From the NCBI GenBank assembly GCA_002269645.1, contig NIVC01002894.1:1-59205 (forward strand): 59,205 nt of DNA. The letters run 5' to 3'. Of the stretch, positions 47,100-59,205 are shown one piece after another (within the stretch, counting starts at the first letter, position 1; every line of letters starts with the position of its first letter). Source of the stretch: Macrostomum lignano. Its lineage: Eukaryota. The position numbers were made by a program, and so were the translations under genes. Below the pieces are notes generated by a model that was given only the letters and a program-made list of their open reading frames with translations, was not told the origin of the DNA and did no database searches.

Positions 47100-49545
47100 G
47101 ATTCCTAGAAACCTCGTCATCCACTGATTCTTAGAAATCTCATCATCCCCTGATTCTTAGAAACCTCATCATCCACTGATTCTTAGAAATCTCATCATCC
47201 CCTGATTCTTAGAAATCTCATCATCCCCTGATTCTTAGAAACCTCATCATCCACTGATTCTTAGAAATCTCATCATCCCCTGATTCTTAGAAACCTCATC
47301 ATCCACTGATTCTTAGAAATCTCATCATCCCTGATTCTTAGAAATCACATCATCCCCTGATTCTTAGAAACCTCATCATCCACTGATTCTTAGAAATCTC
47401 ATCATCCCCTAATTCTTAGAAATCTAATCATCCCCTGATTCTTAAAAATCGCATTATCCCCTGATTCCTAAAAATCGCATCATCCACTGATTCTTAGAAA
47501 TATCATCATCCACTGATTCTTAGAAATCTCATCATCCACTGATTCTAAGAAATCTCATCATCCCTTATTCTTAAAAATCGCATCATCCACTGATTCTTAG
47601 AAATATCATCATCCACTGATTCTTAGAAATCTCATCATCCACTGATTCTAAGAAATCTCATCATCCCTTATTCTTAGAAATCTCATCATCCCCTGATTCT
47701 TAGAAATCTCATCATCCCCTGATTCTTAGAAATCTCATCATCCCCTGATTCTCAGAAATCTCATCATCCCCTGATTCTTAGAAATCTCATCATCCACTGA
47801 TTCTAAGAAATCGCATCATCTTCTAATTCTTAGAAATCTCATCATCCACTAATTCTTAGAAATCTTATCATCCCCCAATTCTTAGAAATCTCATCATCCC
47901 CCGATTCTTAGAAATCTCATCATCCCCTGATTCTTAGAAATCTCATCATCCCCTGATTCTTAGAAATCTCATCATCCCCTGATTCCTAAAAATCTCATCA
48001 TCCCCTGATTCTTAAAAATCGCATCATCCACTGATTCTTAGAAATCTCATCATCCACTGATTCTTAGAAATCTCATCATCCCCTGATTCTTAGAAATCTC
48101 ATCATTCCCTGATTCTTAGAAATCTCATCATCCCCTGATTCTTAGAAATGTCATCATCCACTGATTCCTAAAAATCTCATCATCCACTGCTTCTTAAAAA
48201 TCGCATCATCCACTGATTCTTAGAAATCCAATCATCCTCTGATTCTTAGAAATCTCATCATCCCCTGATTCTTAGAAATCTCATCACCCACAGATTCTTA
48301 GAAATCGCATCATCCACCGATTCTTAGAAATCGCATCATCCACTGATTCTAAGAAATCGCATCATCTTCTAATTCTTAGAAATCTCATCATCCACTGATT
48401 CTTAGAAATCTCATCATCCCCTGATTCTTAGAAACCTCATCATCCACTGATTCTTAGAAATCTCATCATCCCCTGATTCTTAGAAATCTCATCATCCCCT
48501 GATTCTTAGAAACCTCATCATCCACTGATTCTTAGAAATCTCATCATCCCCTGATTCTTAGAAACCTCATCATCCACTGATTCTTAGAAATCTCATCATC
48601 CCTGATTCTTAGAAATCACATCATCCCCTGATTCTTAGAAACCTCATCATCCACTGATTCTTAGAAATCTCATCATCCCCTAATTCTTAGAAATCTAATC
48701 ATCCCCTGATTCTTAAAAATCGCATTATCCCCTGATTCCTAAAAATCGCATCATCCACTGATTCTTAGAAATATCATCATCCACTGATCTTAGAAATCTC
48801 ATCATCCACTGATTCTAAGAAATCTCATCATCCCTTATTCTTAGAAATCTCATCATCCCCTGATTCTTAGAAATCTCATCATCCCCTGATTCTTAGAAAT
48901 CTCATCATCCCCTGATTCTCAGAAATCTCATCATCCCCTGATTCTTAGAAATCTCATCATCCCCCGATTCTTAGAAATCTCATCATCCCCTGATTCTTAG
49001 AAATCTCATCATCCCCTGATTCCTAAAAATCTCATCATCCCCTGATTCTTAAAAATCGCATCATCCACTGATTCTTAGAAATCTCATCATCCACTGATTC
49101 TTAGAAATCTCATCATCCCCTGATTCTTAGAAATCTCATCATTCCCTGATTCTTAGAAATCTCATCATCCCCTGATTCTTAGAAATGTCATCATCCACTG
49201 ATTCCTAAAAATCTCATCATCCACTGATTCTTAAAAATCGCATCATCCACTGATTCTTAGAAATCCAATCATCCTCTGATTCTTAGAAATCTCATCATCC
49301 CCTGATTCTTAGAAATCTCATCACCCACAGATTCTTAGAAATCGCATCATCCACCGATTCTTAGAAATCGCATCATCCACTGATTCTAAGAAATCGCATC
49401 ATCTTCTAATTCTTAGAAATCTCATCATCCACTGATTCTTAGAAATCTCATCATCCCCTGATTCTTAGAAATCTCATCATCCACTGATTCTTAGAAATCC
49501 CATCATCCTCTGATTCTTAGAAATATCATCATCCCCTGATTATTA
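47100..49545. repeat. 26-bp satellite, about 94 copies, with a higher-order duplication
   Basis: gattcttagaaatctcatcatcccct / ...ccact units. Confidence 0.97.
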
Positions 49546-50334
49546 GAAGTCTTACAATACCACCCACTGAGCCTTCCTCATGCCAAATCCTCAAAATTTA
49601 AAATTAAAAAATTTCAATCCCTTACCCTGGTTTATGGAAATCTCATCTAACACACAACGGAATGCTCTATCCCTAAATCTGTGGTCTCAAATACATAGGT
49701 TTATAGGTTATACACATAGGTTATAGGTTTGCATAACTAAAACTTATAAGTTTTCAGGACTTTAACAGTGTTAACCTATGGATGACTATTTATAATTCAT
49801 TGAAAACACTGCTGATCGATTAAGTCTCAACAGAACTACATGTATCCCAAGTGTGCCCTGCTTTATCCCATAGTTATAAGTTACAACCCTCCACACGTTA
49901 ATCCTCCTTGTAATTGCTCTTATCAGAGGGTCTCCAACCCGCGGAAGAAAATGATTGACAACACAGCTGGATCCATTTTGCCCGAGATCAGTAAGTGGCA
50001 TAAAAAGTCAATCTCTTAGACCCTGGCAAGCTCCTTTGCCACCCTAATCCAGTTCCGTGACGAGAATAACGGTAGTAATAAAATTAATCAAACAAGGGCA
50101 TAGAAACACACAATTACTGTTGCATTTGAAGCACGCAGTCTCAAGCAGAAAGAAGCCATAATAGCTCAAGTAATATAGTGTCTTCTATTCAGATTATATG
50201 ACCATTTTATATTCCAAGCAAGTTAACAAACAAATCGCTGCAAATTTGACAAAAAAAATTAACAAGTTGGGAGAAATCCTTTTAATTGGCGACAATACTT
50301 TGCGACACGTGTGCAGAGATGGGAGAGACTGGCA

Positions 50335-50787
50335 CAGATGAGAGGGTGAGAGGGTGATAGAGGGTGAGAGAGTGATATAGAGGGTGAGAGGATGATAGAG
50401 AGGGTGAGAGGGTGATAGAGAGGGTGAGAGGGTGATAGAGAGGGTGAGGGTGATATAGAGGGTGAGAGGGTGATAGAGAGGGTGAGAGGGTGATAGAGAG
50501 GGTGAGAGGGTGATAGAGAGGGTGAGAGGGTGATATAGAGGGTAAGAGGGTGATAGAGAGGGTGAGAGGGTGATAGAGAGGGTGAGAGGGTGATAGAGAG
50601 GGTGAGAGGGTGATAGAGAGGGTGAGAGGGTGATAGAGAGGGTGAGAGGGTGATAGAGAGGGTGAGAGGGTAATATAGAGGGTGAGAGGGTGATAGAGAG
50701 GGTGATAGAGAGGGTGAGAGGGTGATAGAGAGGGTGAGAGGGTGATAGAGAGGGTGAGAGGGTGATAGAGAGGGTGAGAGGGTGATG
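50335..50787. repeat. 20-bp purine-rich minisatellite
   Basis: gagagggtgagagggtgata units. Confidence 0.95.
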
Positions 50788-50983
50788 GTGCCAAGGCAGC
50801 ACACAGAGCCAATACGAGAACCAGTGACAGGAGCAGCATTCGCAACTCACGCAAACAGAAAAATGGCAGCCAAAATAAAAAATGCTCATAGGAAATCTAA
50901 TCAGCTTTAGATTTGGGGGAGTCTCTCAAATCCTCTGAAGCACTTAATCCGATTTTTAGCAAACTTTTATAGTAATCAGCGGC

Positions 50984-51290
50984 TTCCCCAATAGAATGGG
51001 ATATTTATGAAATGACCGCTTCCCCAATAGAATGGGATATTTATGAAATGACCGCTTCCCCAATAGAATGGGATATTTATGAAATGACCGCTTCCCCAAT
51101 AGAATGGGATATTTATGAAATGACCGCTTCCCCAATAGAATGGGATATTTATGAGATGACCGCTTCCCCAATAGAATGGGATATTTATGAAATGACCGCT
51201 TCCCCAATAGAATGGGATATTTATGAAATGACCGCTTCTCCAATAGAATGGGATATTTATGAAATGCCCGCTTCCCCAATAGAATGGGAC
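50984..51290. repeat. 36-bp minisatellite, about 8.5 copies
   Basis: ttccccaatagaatgggatatttatgaaatgaccgc units, directly head-to-tail. Confidence 0.95.
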
Positions 51291-51330
51291 ATTAATTTGC
51301 TAAAAACAGAACAGCCCAGCCTCTGCCCCA

Positions 51331-54300
51331 TCACAATCCGGCCCCAGTCTGATTGTCCTCCTCAGCCGCAGCTGCCAGCACCGCAGCCTCAGCTTCAAGC
51401 CGTTTCTTAGTCCGCTTGTCAGCGTGCGGCACGGCGCCCCAGGCCAGCTGGTGTCGGCACAGGGCCTCGATGGGACCCAGCACGGCGGGAAGGCAGTCTG
51501 ACCGGTGCTCCAACGCATCGACAGCCAAGGCGGCAGCCTCAGCGGTGCACAGACAGCCGACATCTGGCTGTGTTCGAATCACGTAAGCTGACGGGGTGTT
51601 GGGCGCGGCAACCCGGATATGGGGCAGCTTGTGCAGGAAGTCGTTGTGAAAGTGCAGCCCGCTGGCCTGCTGCCAGGTGCCGTCGAGGACCACCAGAGTG
51701 GTCACGCTGCCGCGGGGCAGAGACTCCGCTAGCACCGAGTCGCTGCTGGGATACAGCACAGCGCAGCCGGGGGAATCGAGCTCGCGACGTCGCTTGTGGC
51801 TGGCGAAATGACGGCCGCGCCAGATTTCAACTCGACCGGGCGCCGCGGCCAGCTGCAGCATGCGGGCCGTCTGCAGCTTGCGATGCTCCTGCCAGGGGGG
51901 GGGGATTTGTCCTCATTTGTAGGTTTGTAGGAACAATAGAGCAAGGTACTGCTGCTTTGCATTCCGGTCCAATGTTCACTCTACTGATTCTTAGAAATCG
52001 TTTCTTTCCAGTGACTCTTAGAAACCCATGAACTGATTCTTAGAAATCTCATCAACCATATATTCTTAGAAATCTCGTTATACTGATTCTTAGGAATCTC
52101 ATCATCCCCTGATTCTTAGAAATCTCATCATCCCCTGATTCTTAGAAATCTCATCATCCCCTGATTCTTAGAAACCTCATCATTCACTGTTTCTTAGAAA
52201 TCGTTTCTTTCCAGTGACTCTTAAAAACCCATTAACTGATTCTTAGAAATCACAGCATCCAGAGTTTTCAAGAAATCACATTGACTGACTCTTAGAAATC
52301 AAATCCTCTGATTCTTTAAAATCTCATTCACTGATTCCCAGAAATTTCAACCAAACATTCTCAGAAATCTCATTTACTGATTCTCAAAAATCTCATCATC
52401 CAAAATCACATCCTCAGATTCTCAGAACTCTCATCCTCAAATTCTCAGAAATCTCATCTGCTGATTCTCAGAAATCTCATCCACTGATTCTTAGAAATCT
52501 TATCATCCACTGATTCTTAGAAACCTCATTCATTCACTGATTCTTAGAAACCTTATTCATTCACTGATTCTTAGAAACCTCATTAATTCACTGATTCTTA
52601 GAAATATCATCATCCACTGATTCTCAGAAACCTCATTAATTCACTGATTCTTAGAAATATCATCATCCACTGATTCTCAGAAACCTCATTAATTCACTGA
52701 TTCTTAGAAATATCATCATCCACTGATTCTCAGAAACCTCATTAATTCACTGATTCTTAGAAATATCATCATCCACTGATTCTCAGAAGTCTCATTACAT
52801 ACTGAATTTTAGATATCCAGAAATTTCTTAGATTTCCCTTATTTTAGTCGGTAAAACTTGTTGGTACATGTGCGAGCACCCTTTCTCCCTACAGAACAGG
52901 CCCCAGCCTTAGTTTTCATCTTAGGCTTTCCGTGCATTTTTTAGAACATTCTATTTTTTCCGCACACACCTCAGACAGCTCAAAATGCAAATATGAACGT
53001 GATTAAAAAATGCAGCCCTCCAAACTCTACCAAAAATGAAGAAATTCAAGCCAACACATTAAATAGCAGCTAACTAGCATGCTCCAAGTCTGCAAACTTT
53101 GCGTACGTGTAGGGAGCTCTGTGAACCAACACGTTAGTAAAATACGAACCAATGTCTGCATAGCTAACACCAAAGCAGGTGAAAAAAGTTTGCATGACTG
53201 CACGTGTGACGGTTAACTTTTTATTAGAGACCCAACATCATTTTTATGCGGTATTTACTCGGGGGAGGGGGTAGATGGCTGCTGAGGTGAAGGAACTTCA
53301 GCACTGGACTGAGATGCTTCAGGAAGGGGGATAGCCGGTCCTCAGGGTGACTGGAGGTGCTGCTTCAGGAAGGGGGATAGCCGGTCCTCAGGGTGACTGG
53401 AGGTGCTGCTTCAGGAAGGGGGATAGCCGGTCCTCAGGGTGACTGAGGTGCTGCTTCAGGAAGGGGGATAGCCGGTCCTCAGGGTGACTGGGATGCTTCA
53501 GGAAGGGGGATAGCCGGTCCTCAGGGTGACTGAGATGCTTCAGGAAGGGGGATGGCCGGTCCTCAGGGTGACTGAGATGCTTCAGGAAGGGGGATAGCCG
53601 GTCCTCAGGGTGACTGGAGGTGCTGCTTCAGGAAGAGGGATAGCCGGTCCTCAGGGTGACTGAGATGCTTCAGGAAGGGGGATAGCGGTCCTCGGGGTGA
53701 CTGGGATGCTTCAGGAAGGGGGATAGCCGGTCCTCAGGGTGACTGGGATGCTTCAGGAAGGGGGATAGCCGGTCCTCAGGGTGACTGGAGGTGCTGCTTC
53801 AGGAAGGGGGATAGCCGGTCCTCAGGGTGACTGAGATGCTTCAGGAAGGGGGATAGCGGTCCTCAGGGTGACTGGGGTGCTTCAGGAAGGGGGATAGCCG
53901 GTCCTCAGGGTGACTGAGATGCTTCAGGAAGGGGGATGGCAGTTTAAAGTAGCAGCAGAATATCGAACTAAAGCTTCAGAATTGCATAAAACCATCTGAA
54001 TTTGCCTTTTAGTTTCTCAAAAATTTCAGCTAACAGAAAAGGTCGAATGGCATATAAAACCAAAAGCAGACTGGGCAGGAAACTCTTGCCGATTCCAAAT
54101 TAAGTCGGGTCTGCAACCCCGGCTATTCCCTAGGGAAATCTGTCCTAAGGCAGATAACGACACACGACGCAGGCAAAGGCGGACAATACGAGTATCTGTG
54201 GGACAACCTAGAGGCGTGAAAACTGTTATTCCCGCAGTAACAACCGAGCCCACAGCGGATTATCCTAGAGTTCTCTAGTTCGAAAATTACAGAGCGTGGC

Positions 54301-55606
54301 ATAATGAAAACTCGGGAATCGTGAAAAGGAGAACAATTTTCGTTTCACAGTGAAGTCCTACAGCAGACAGGATTTTAGCGCCACATTGGAGATTTTAGCG
54401 CCACTTTAGCGCCACACTTGAGATTTTAAGCTCTGCAGTTAAAATTTAAGCGCCCTATTCTAGATTTCAGCGCCACAATCTATATTTTAGCGCCATATTA
54501 TAGATTTCAGCACCACATTCTATATTTTAGCGCCATATTATAGATTTCAGCACCACATTCTATATTTTAGCGCCATATTATAGATTTCAGCGCCACATTC
54601 TATATTTTAGCGCCATATTATAGATTTCAGCGCCACATTCTATATTTTAGCGCCATATTATAGATTTCAGCACCACATTCTATATTTTAGCGCCATATTA
54701 TAGATTTCAGCGCCACATTCTATATTTTAGCGCCATATTATAGATTTCAGCGCCACATTCTATATTTTAGCGCCATATTATAGATTTCAGCACCACATTC
54801 TATATTTTAGCGCCATATTATAGATTTCAGCGCCACATTCTATATTTTAGCGCCATATTATAGATTTCAGCGCCACATTCTATATTTTAGCGCCATATTA
54901 TAGATTTCAGCGCCACATTCTATATTTTAGCGCCATATTATAGATTTCAGCACCACATTCTATATTTTAGCGCCATATTATAGATTTCAGCGCCACATTC
55001 TATATTTTAGCGCCATATTATAGATTTCAGCACCACATTCTATATTTTAGCGCCTTATTCTAGATTTCAGCGCCATATTCTATATTTTAGCGCCACATTA
55101 TAGATTTCAGCGCCATATTATAGATTTTAGCACCACAGTCAAGATTTTAGCGCATTATTATAGATTTCAGCGCCATATTCTAGAGTTCAGCACCATATTA
55201 TAGATTTTAGCGCCACAGTCAAGATTTTAGCGCATTATTATACATTTTAGAGCCACATTCTAGATTTCAGCGCCACATTTAGACTTTAGCGCTACGGTCA
55301 AGACCAAGATTTTATTGCTGTAGTCTAGATTTAAGCGCCATATTGAAGGTTTTTGCGCCAATTTAGCGCGCATTTGATGCCATCATAAAGCTACACATTC
55401 AATTTAAGAGTGTATAGAAGACTGACATTCACCTCAAACGGATGCTGCAGTATGATCACTTTGGTGGCAATGTCAACTGGCACTCGGGGCAGCGAGGGGC
55501 ACCAGCAGGTGGGGCTGGGTCGGCCGCACCTGCCGCAGGTGGCCCGTTTGATGTGTACCGCCTCCTGCATGTCGAACAGCTGACTGAGATCGTTGAAATT
55601 GTCCAT
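51331..55606 (-). CDS. DTWD2: tRNA-uridine aminocarboxypropyltransferase 2 (DTW domain protein 2), 243 aa; exons 55606-55433 and 51888-51331
   Basis: RATCGRCGRPSPTCWC...KVIILQHPFE/EHRKLQTA; LYP; LVVLDGTWQQA (DXTW motif); YVIRTQP...LCTAEA; phase-0 GT-AG intron. Confidence 0.9.
51983..52800. repeat. Degenerate continuation of the 26-bp satellite inside the DTWD2 intron
   Basis: ctgattcttagaaatctcatcatcc units and variants. Confidence 0.9.
53290..53940. repeat. 40-45-bp minisatellite, about 15 copies
   Basis: gcttcaggaagggggatagccggtcctcagggtgact(gagat/ggaggtgct). Confidence 0.95.
54372..55370. repeat. 40-bp (20+20 dimer) minisatellite
   Basis: tagatttcagcgccacattc + tatattttagcgccatatta. Confidence 0.95.
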
Positions 55607-56139
55607 TTAATAGAAATATTTATAATCTAATGATTCTGGAATGTTGAATACAGATTAGGCTAACTTCTATCTCTAAGATAAACATCGATTCTTAAGATGG
55701 AAACTTTAATAACTAATATTGATCGTTTAATCAATCATCAATATTACTATTTTTAAGAGATACTGCTAAAATTAGCCATTATCAATCAAGATACACTACT
55801 TATTAGTGGTGTTATATAAAGTAGCTATATATGAGTATAAATATGAAAAGTCTGCTTATAATAAAACGACTCTGAAAGCCCCATACAGTACAAATAAGTA
55901 GGCTATTTGGCATTTGCCTTTTTTGGCATAACTGATAAATTTAATAAGTCCAAATAATATTGATTGTCCCAGAAGTCTCAAATCTTAAAAATTAAATATT
56001 AGAATTCTAGCCTTTAACTCCATTTTTGTGGTTCATTCTCATATAGTTTTCATTGATAATAAAAACTAGATCAAAGTCTTGGCAAATAAATGCTTGATCT
56101 AGCTTGATCCAACTTGAGGGGCAGATATAGAATCTAGCA

Positions 56140-56420
56140 CTTGACGAACAATCAGAGGGAAGATAAGGAAAAGAGATGAGAAAGAAAATAAAAGGTAAAA
56201 CAAGAAGGAAAGGATAACAAGAGGGGAAAAAGGGAGAGGAGATGATAAGGAGAGGAGATATGAGAGATAAGAGAAAAGAAATAAGAAAAGGAAAAAGAAG
56301 TTAAAATGTAAAAGGAAAAGGAGAAAAGAGAGAAAAAAGAAAAGAAAGTGAAGACAAAGAAGATGGAGAAAATAAAATCAATAATGAAGAGAGGTAAAAA
56401 AATAAAAAATAACTAAGAAA
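56140..56420. repeat. A/G-rich low-complexity tract
   Basis: aagaaaag/ggagag runs. Confidence 0.75.
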
Positions 56421-57577
56421 ATGCAAATGTTGAGCAAGCTAAATTATTATTAGGCCCTATGATATGAAGTTTCAAAGGACCCAAAGGCCTAATAGAAAGG
56501 CTATATAAGCTGCATATAGGCCTAGCCTTGTATTAGTTTTACAATCTAGTTTTTTATTAGGGCCAATTGCCATCTAAGTTTTAAAGCCAAATAAGATAGA
56601 GTAAAGCTTAGAATTTTTTATTTCTAGATCTTTATGTTATATTATATTAGGCCTATGCTTTATACTTTAGATCTTTACATTAATAATCCTAATAAAATAG
56701 AAGCACTTTTATTTTTAATGAATCTTGTTTTTTATATAATGGAAAATCATTCATAGGCCTATAAAGTCTAAAGACTAGGCAATAGGCATTGCCGCATTAG
56801 GCCCTATTTAAAAAAATTAGTTGAAGTCTATTATGTTCAAGGCCAAAGGGTAAGGGTAATATTAGATATTTTTAATAAATGTATTATAAACTAAGTTGCA
56901 AAATGTATTAGTATTAGCAAACAAAGCTAGCCTTTTTTCTTTATTAAGGTAAATATATTTGATGATTTCAATTAATTGAACTTAACATATAAAAGTTTTT
57001 TTTAATTCTGTTTATAGTATAAGTTATACTATATTCTATAATTATATACCAAGTATTGATACTAAATACTTTTATCTTGACTTTATCAAGTAGGCCTATT
57101 TTAGCTAAAGCAAGCTAACTTTTGTTAAGAAAGTTAGTTAACATACATGCACAACAGTTGGCTAAGTCAGCCAATCTGGCGGACCGATTCGGTGGCCAAC
57201 CAAGGAAGTCGCAAAAATGCCCACCTGAAAAATACCAAAGTAGTAGTACTAAGTAGCTGACGAGGCATTTTGACTTAATAAGACAGTCATAGTTACTCCT
57301 GCCGTTTACCCAAAGTTGCGTTAATTTTGCGTTAGGTTTTTTTACATGTAAGTCACATTTTTGGCCAAAAACTACGTCGCATTTTTGTTAAAACTAAGTC
57401 GCATGGCCGACCCAATTTTGGAGGTTGCGCATGTACGTTAGTTAAGTTAGTGAAGTTAGAATTTTAGCTAACTTTTTTTTAACCTTGGGCTTGGGCTTGT
57501 TGAAAGCCTTTTATAAATTTGATTAAAACAATACACAATTTAGAAACAAAGGGCATATACAAGGCAGGCTTAGTAGT

Positions 57578-57972
57578 AGGGTTGTTTTCATAAACCCTAA
57601 ATTTCACAATGTTGCAAGACACAAACTTTCATAAGATTAGGCCTAAGCTCTAAATTTCATAAACCCTAATTTTCACAATGTTGAAAGCAAAACTTGTATC
57701 AGATTGCATAAACTATAAATTTCACAAGCCTTAAATTTCACAATGCCTAAAAACACTATGGAGATACAGAAGAATTGTAGAAGAAAGATGTATCTCCGGT
57801 GCTGTATCTGTATCTCCATAGTGTTTTTAGCCATTGTGAAATTTAGGTGTTGTGAAAATCTGCTGCATTGCTTATTTTCACCATTGTAAAAATTAGGCTA
57901 GGGTTTATGAAATATAGGTCTTATGAAAGGTTCTGGTTTTGACATGAAAATTAGGGTTTGTGAAACGACCCT
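57578..57972. mobile_element. Foldback MITE-like element of about 395 bp
   Basis: Termini agggttgttttcataaaccctaaatttc ... gaaaattagggtttgtgaaacgaccct; inner arms of about 38 bp (aaatttcacaatgcctaaaaacactatggagatacaga and its complement) with one mismatch; no clear TSD. Confidence 0.55.
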
Positions 57973-58584
57973 CTAGCAGTAGGTAGGCCTAGCCCAGTAT
58001 AAAAGTGGCAAAGGCTACAAATTTTATCAGTGATACTAGGCCTACCTAGTTTTGATCAAAATTATAATTTATAAATGCAAACAAATTAGGCCTACTTCAG
58101 TATTTATTTTCCATTGGCCTACTATGGCATAAATTAGGATTGATAAAATTGCTTTGTATTTTTATAGCCCAAGTATATGAATTATGATTTATGAACCATT
58201 AGGCTAAGTCCAAGTGTTAATGACAATGAAAATGCAATGACGATGTACAGTTAAACTAAAGCTGTTTAATTTTAAGCAAGTGAAAAACTTTAAATAAACT
58301 ATGGCTATGCCTAGATGAAACAGTCAACAAATTATTTAGAAATACGTAGGCTCAGGTGTATAAGTACAATAGACAATTGTTGGATATTTAGAATAGTCAG
58401 TTAGCAGATAATCTACATAACAGTAATATATAGTGGGTGGGGGTTCTTGGAACTGCTTGCTTTTGAAAATTTGCAGACACCATTGAGGTGGGGCGCGGTT
58501 CCTCGTTTGAATAGCCAGCTGGCGTTGAGTTCGCACGAATAAAGCCGGAAAAAATCGCGCAGGTGAATCTCAACGAATTTCTTC

Positions 58585-58700
58585 TCCTTTTACTCCGACA
58601 GCCGGGGTCCTCAAATTCCGGGAGGGTAGTTGCAATCGTAGCGGAGCGGTCGTAAGCGGCGCGGTCGTTCAAATGGTAGACGTCGAAGATTTCGTCACGT
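58585..58700 (-). other. Possible isolated coding exon (LRDEIFDVYHLNDRAAYDRSATIATTLPEFEDPGCR)
   Basis: GC-rich island with acceptor-like caaccag and donor-like A/gtaaaa; no recognised motif. Confidence 0.25.
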
Positions 58701-59205
58701 AGGCTGGTTGGTCGATTTGTTGCACAGATTACTTTTAGTAGGGTAGAGCTGCCACCACCGTAATTCTCGTATTACGGAACGATTATGTCTCAGAGCTTTC
58801 TTCGAGTTGAGACCTTTGGTAATTTTACGCCCCACGGGCAAATAACTCAAGATGGGCTATGGGCTTAACGAAGTAGTTACGAAACAGTGTTATCGATTAT
58901 TATTATTATTTATTATTTATTAACTGAATGATTATAGTTTAGCAGGCAGGTAAAAGTTATTTAGGTACGACGGAAATAATTTCTCGAGCAGAGCCGCGGT
59001 GCACTAAGAGATTAAAATGCGGCTTGTACGCCTTATAAGGTTACTTACTTGAGACTTAATATACTAAGGGGTAGGAGAGGGGAGGTCTAGAGAGGAAAAA
59101 GGAGGGGGGGTGGTTAACAGCAGCGCTTGAAATTACAGGCAAATAAATAGATAGCAAAAAGAATCAACAACAGGGGCGAAACTTGGACGGACAGCTGGGC
59201 AGCAG

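Noticed and set aside
49920-49945. cagagggtctccaacccgcgg as a hAT terminus, and ttaaccctttcgaccctg (about 46795) as a piggyBac-like end
   Set aside because: Only short single-end similarities; no partner end or TSD found.
50984-51290. 36-bp repeat as a CRISPR array (also the 28-31-bp arrays at 8065, 10310 and 35957)
   Set aside because: Units are head-to-tail with no unique spacers, there are no cas genes, and the context is eukaryotic.
10353-51410. Long ORFs made of peptide repeats (10353-11178, 12960-14002, 19448-20605, 25252-25701, 28392-29072, 33693-34168, 43881-44630, 50194-50889, 50956-51410)
   Set aside because: They are translations of stop-free minisatellite units, open in several frames and on both strands, and most lie in introns defined by good splice sites.

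Overview
Eukaryotic (animal) genomic DNA: spliced genes with GC-rich exons separated by introns packed with micro- and minisatellites. The style suggests the flatworm Macrostomum, but that is an inference. Five genes are well supported: (1) an ankyrin-repeat + Mab-21/cGAS-like nucleotidyltransferase (cGLR-like; 3304-5962, +); (2) a 16-17 exon TBC1D2/2B-like Rab-GAP (PH, coiled coil, TBC and an extra C-terminal beta-propeller-like region; 8401-24876, -); (3) a CD20/MS4A-like 4-TM protein with a polyQ tail (31388-35488, -); (4) a two-exon DEG/ENaC channel (36452-43826, +); (5) DTWD2 (51331-55606, -). Weaker calls are an orphan gene end (297-2467) and two small ORFs near 27.8 and 29.9 kb. Mobile DNA includes an internally deleted mariner (8991-9952), a nearly intact 3452-bp THAP/P-superfamily transposon (38957-42408; 36-bp TIRs, 7-bp TSD) nested in the ENaC intron, tRNA-derived SINE-like heads and a foldback MITE-like element. 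The best candidate for new biology is the ANK-cGLR, a putative innate-immune second-messenger synthase with ankyrin repeats as a possible sensor. Four otherwise good ORFs each carry a single -1 frameshift, most likely long-read consensus errors. All exon models were read by eye; no database searches were run.
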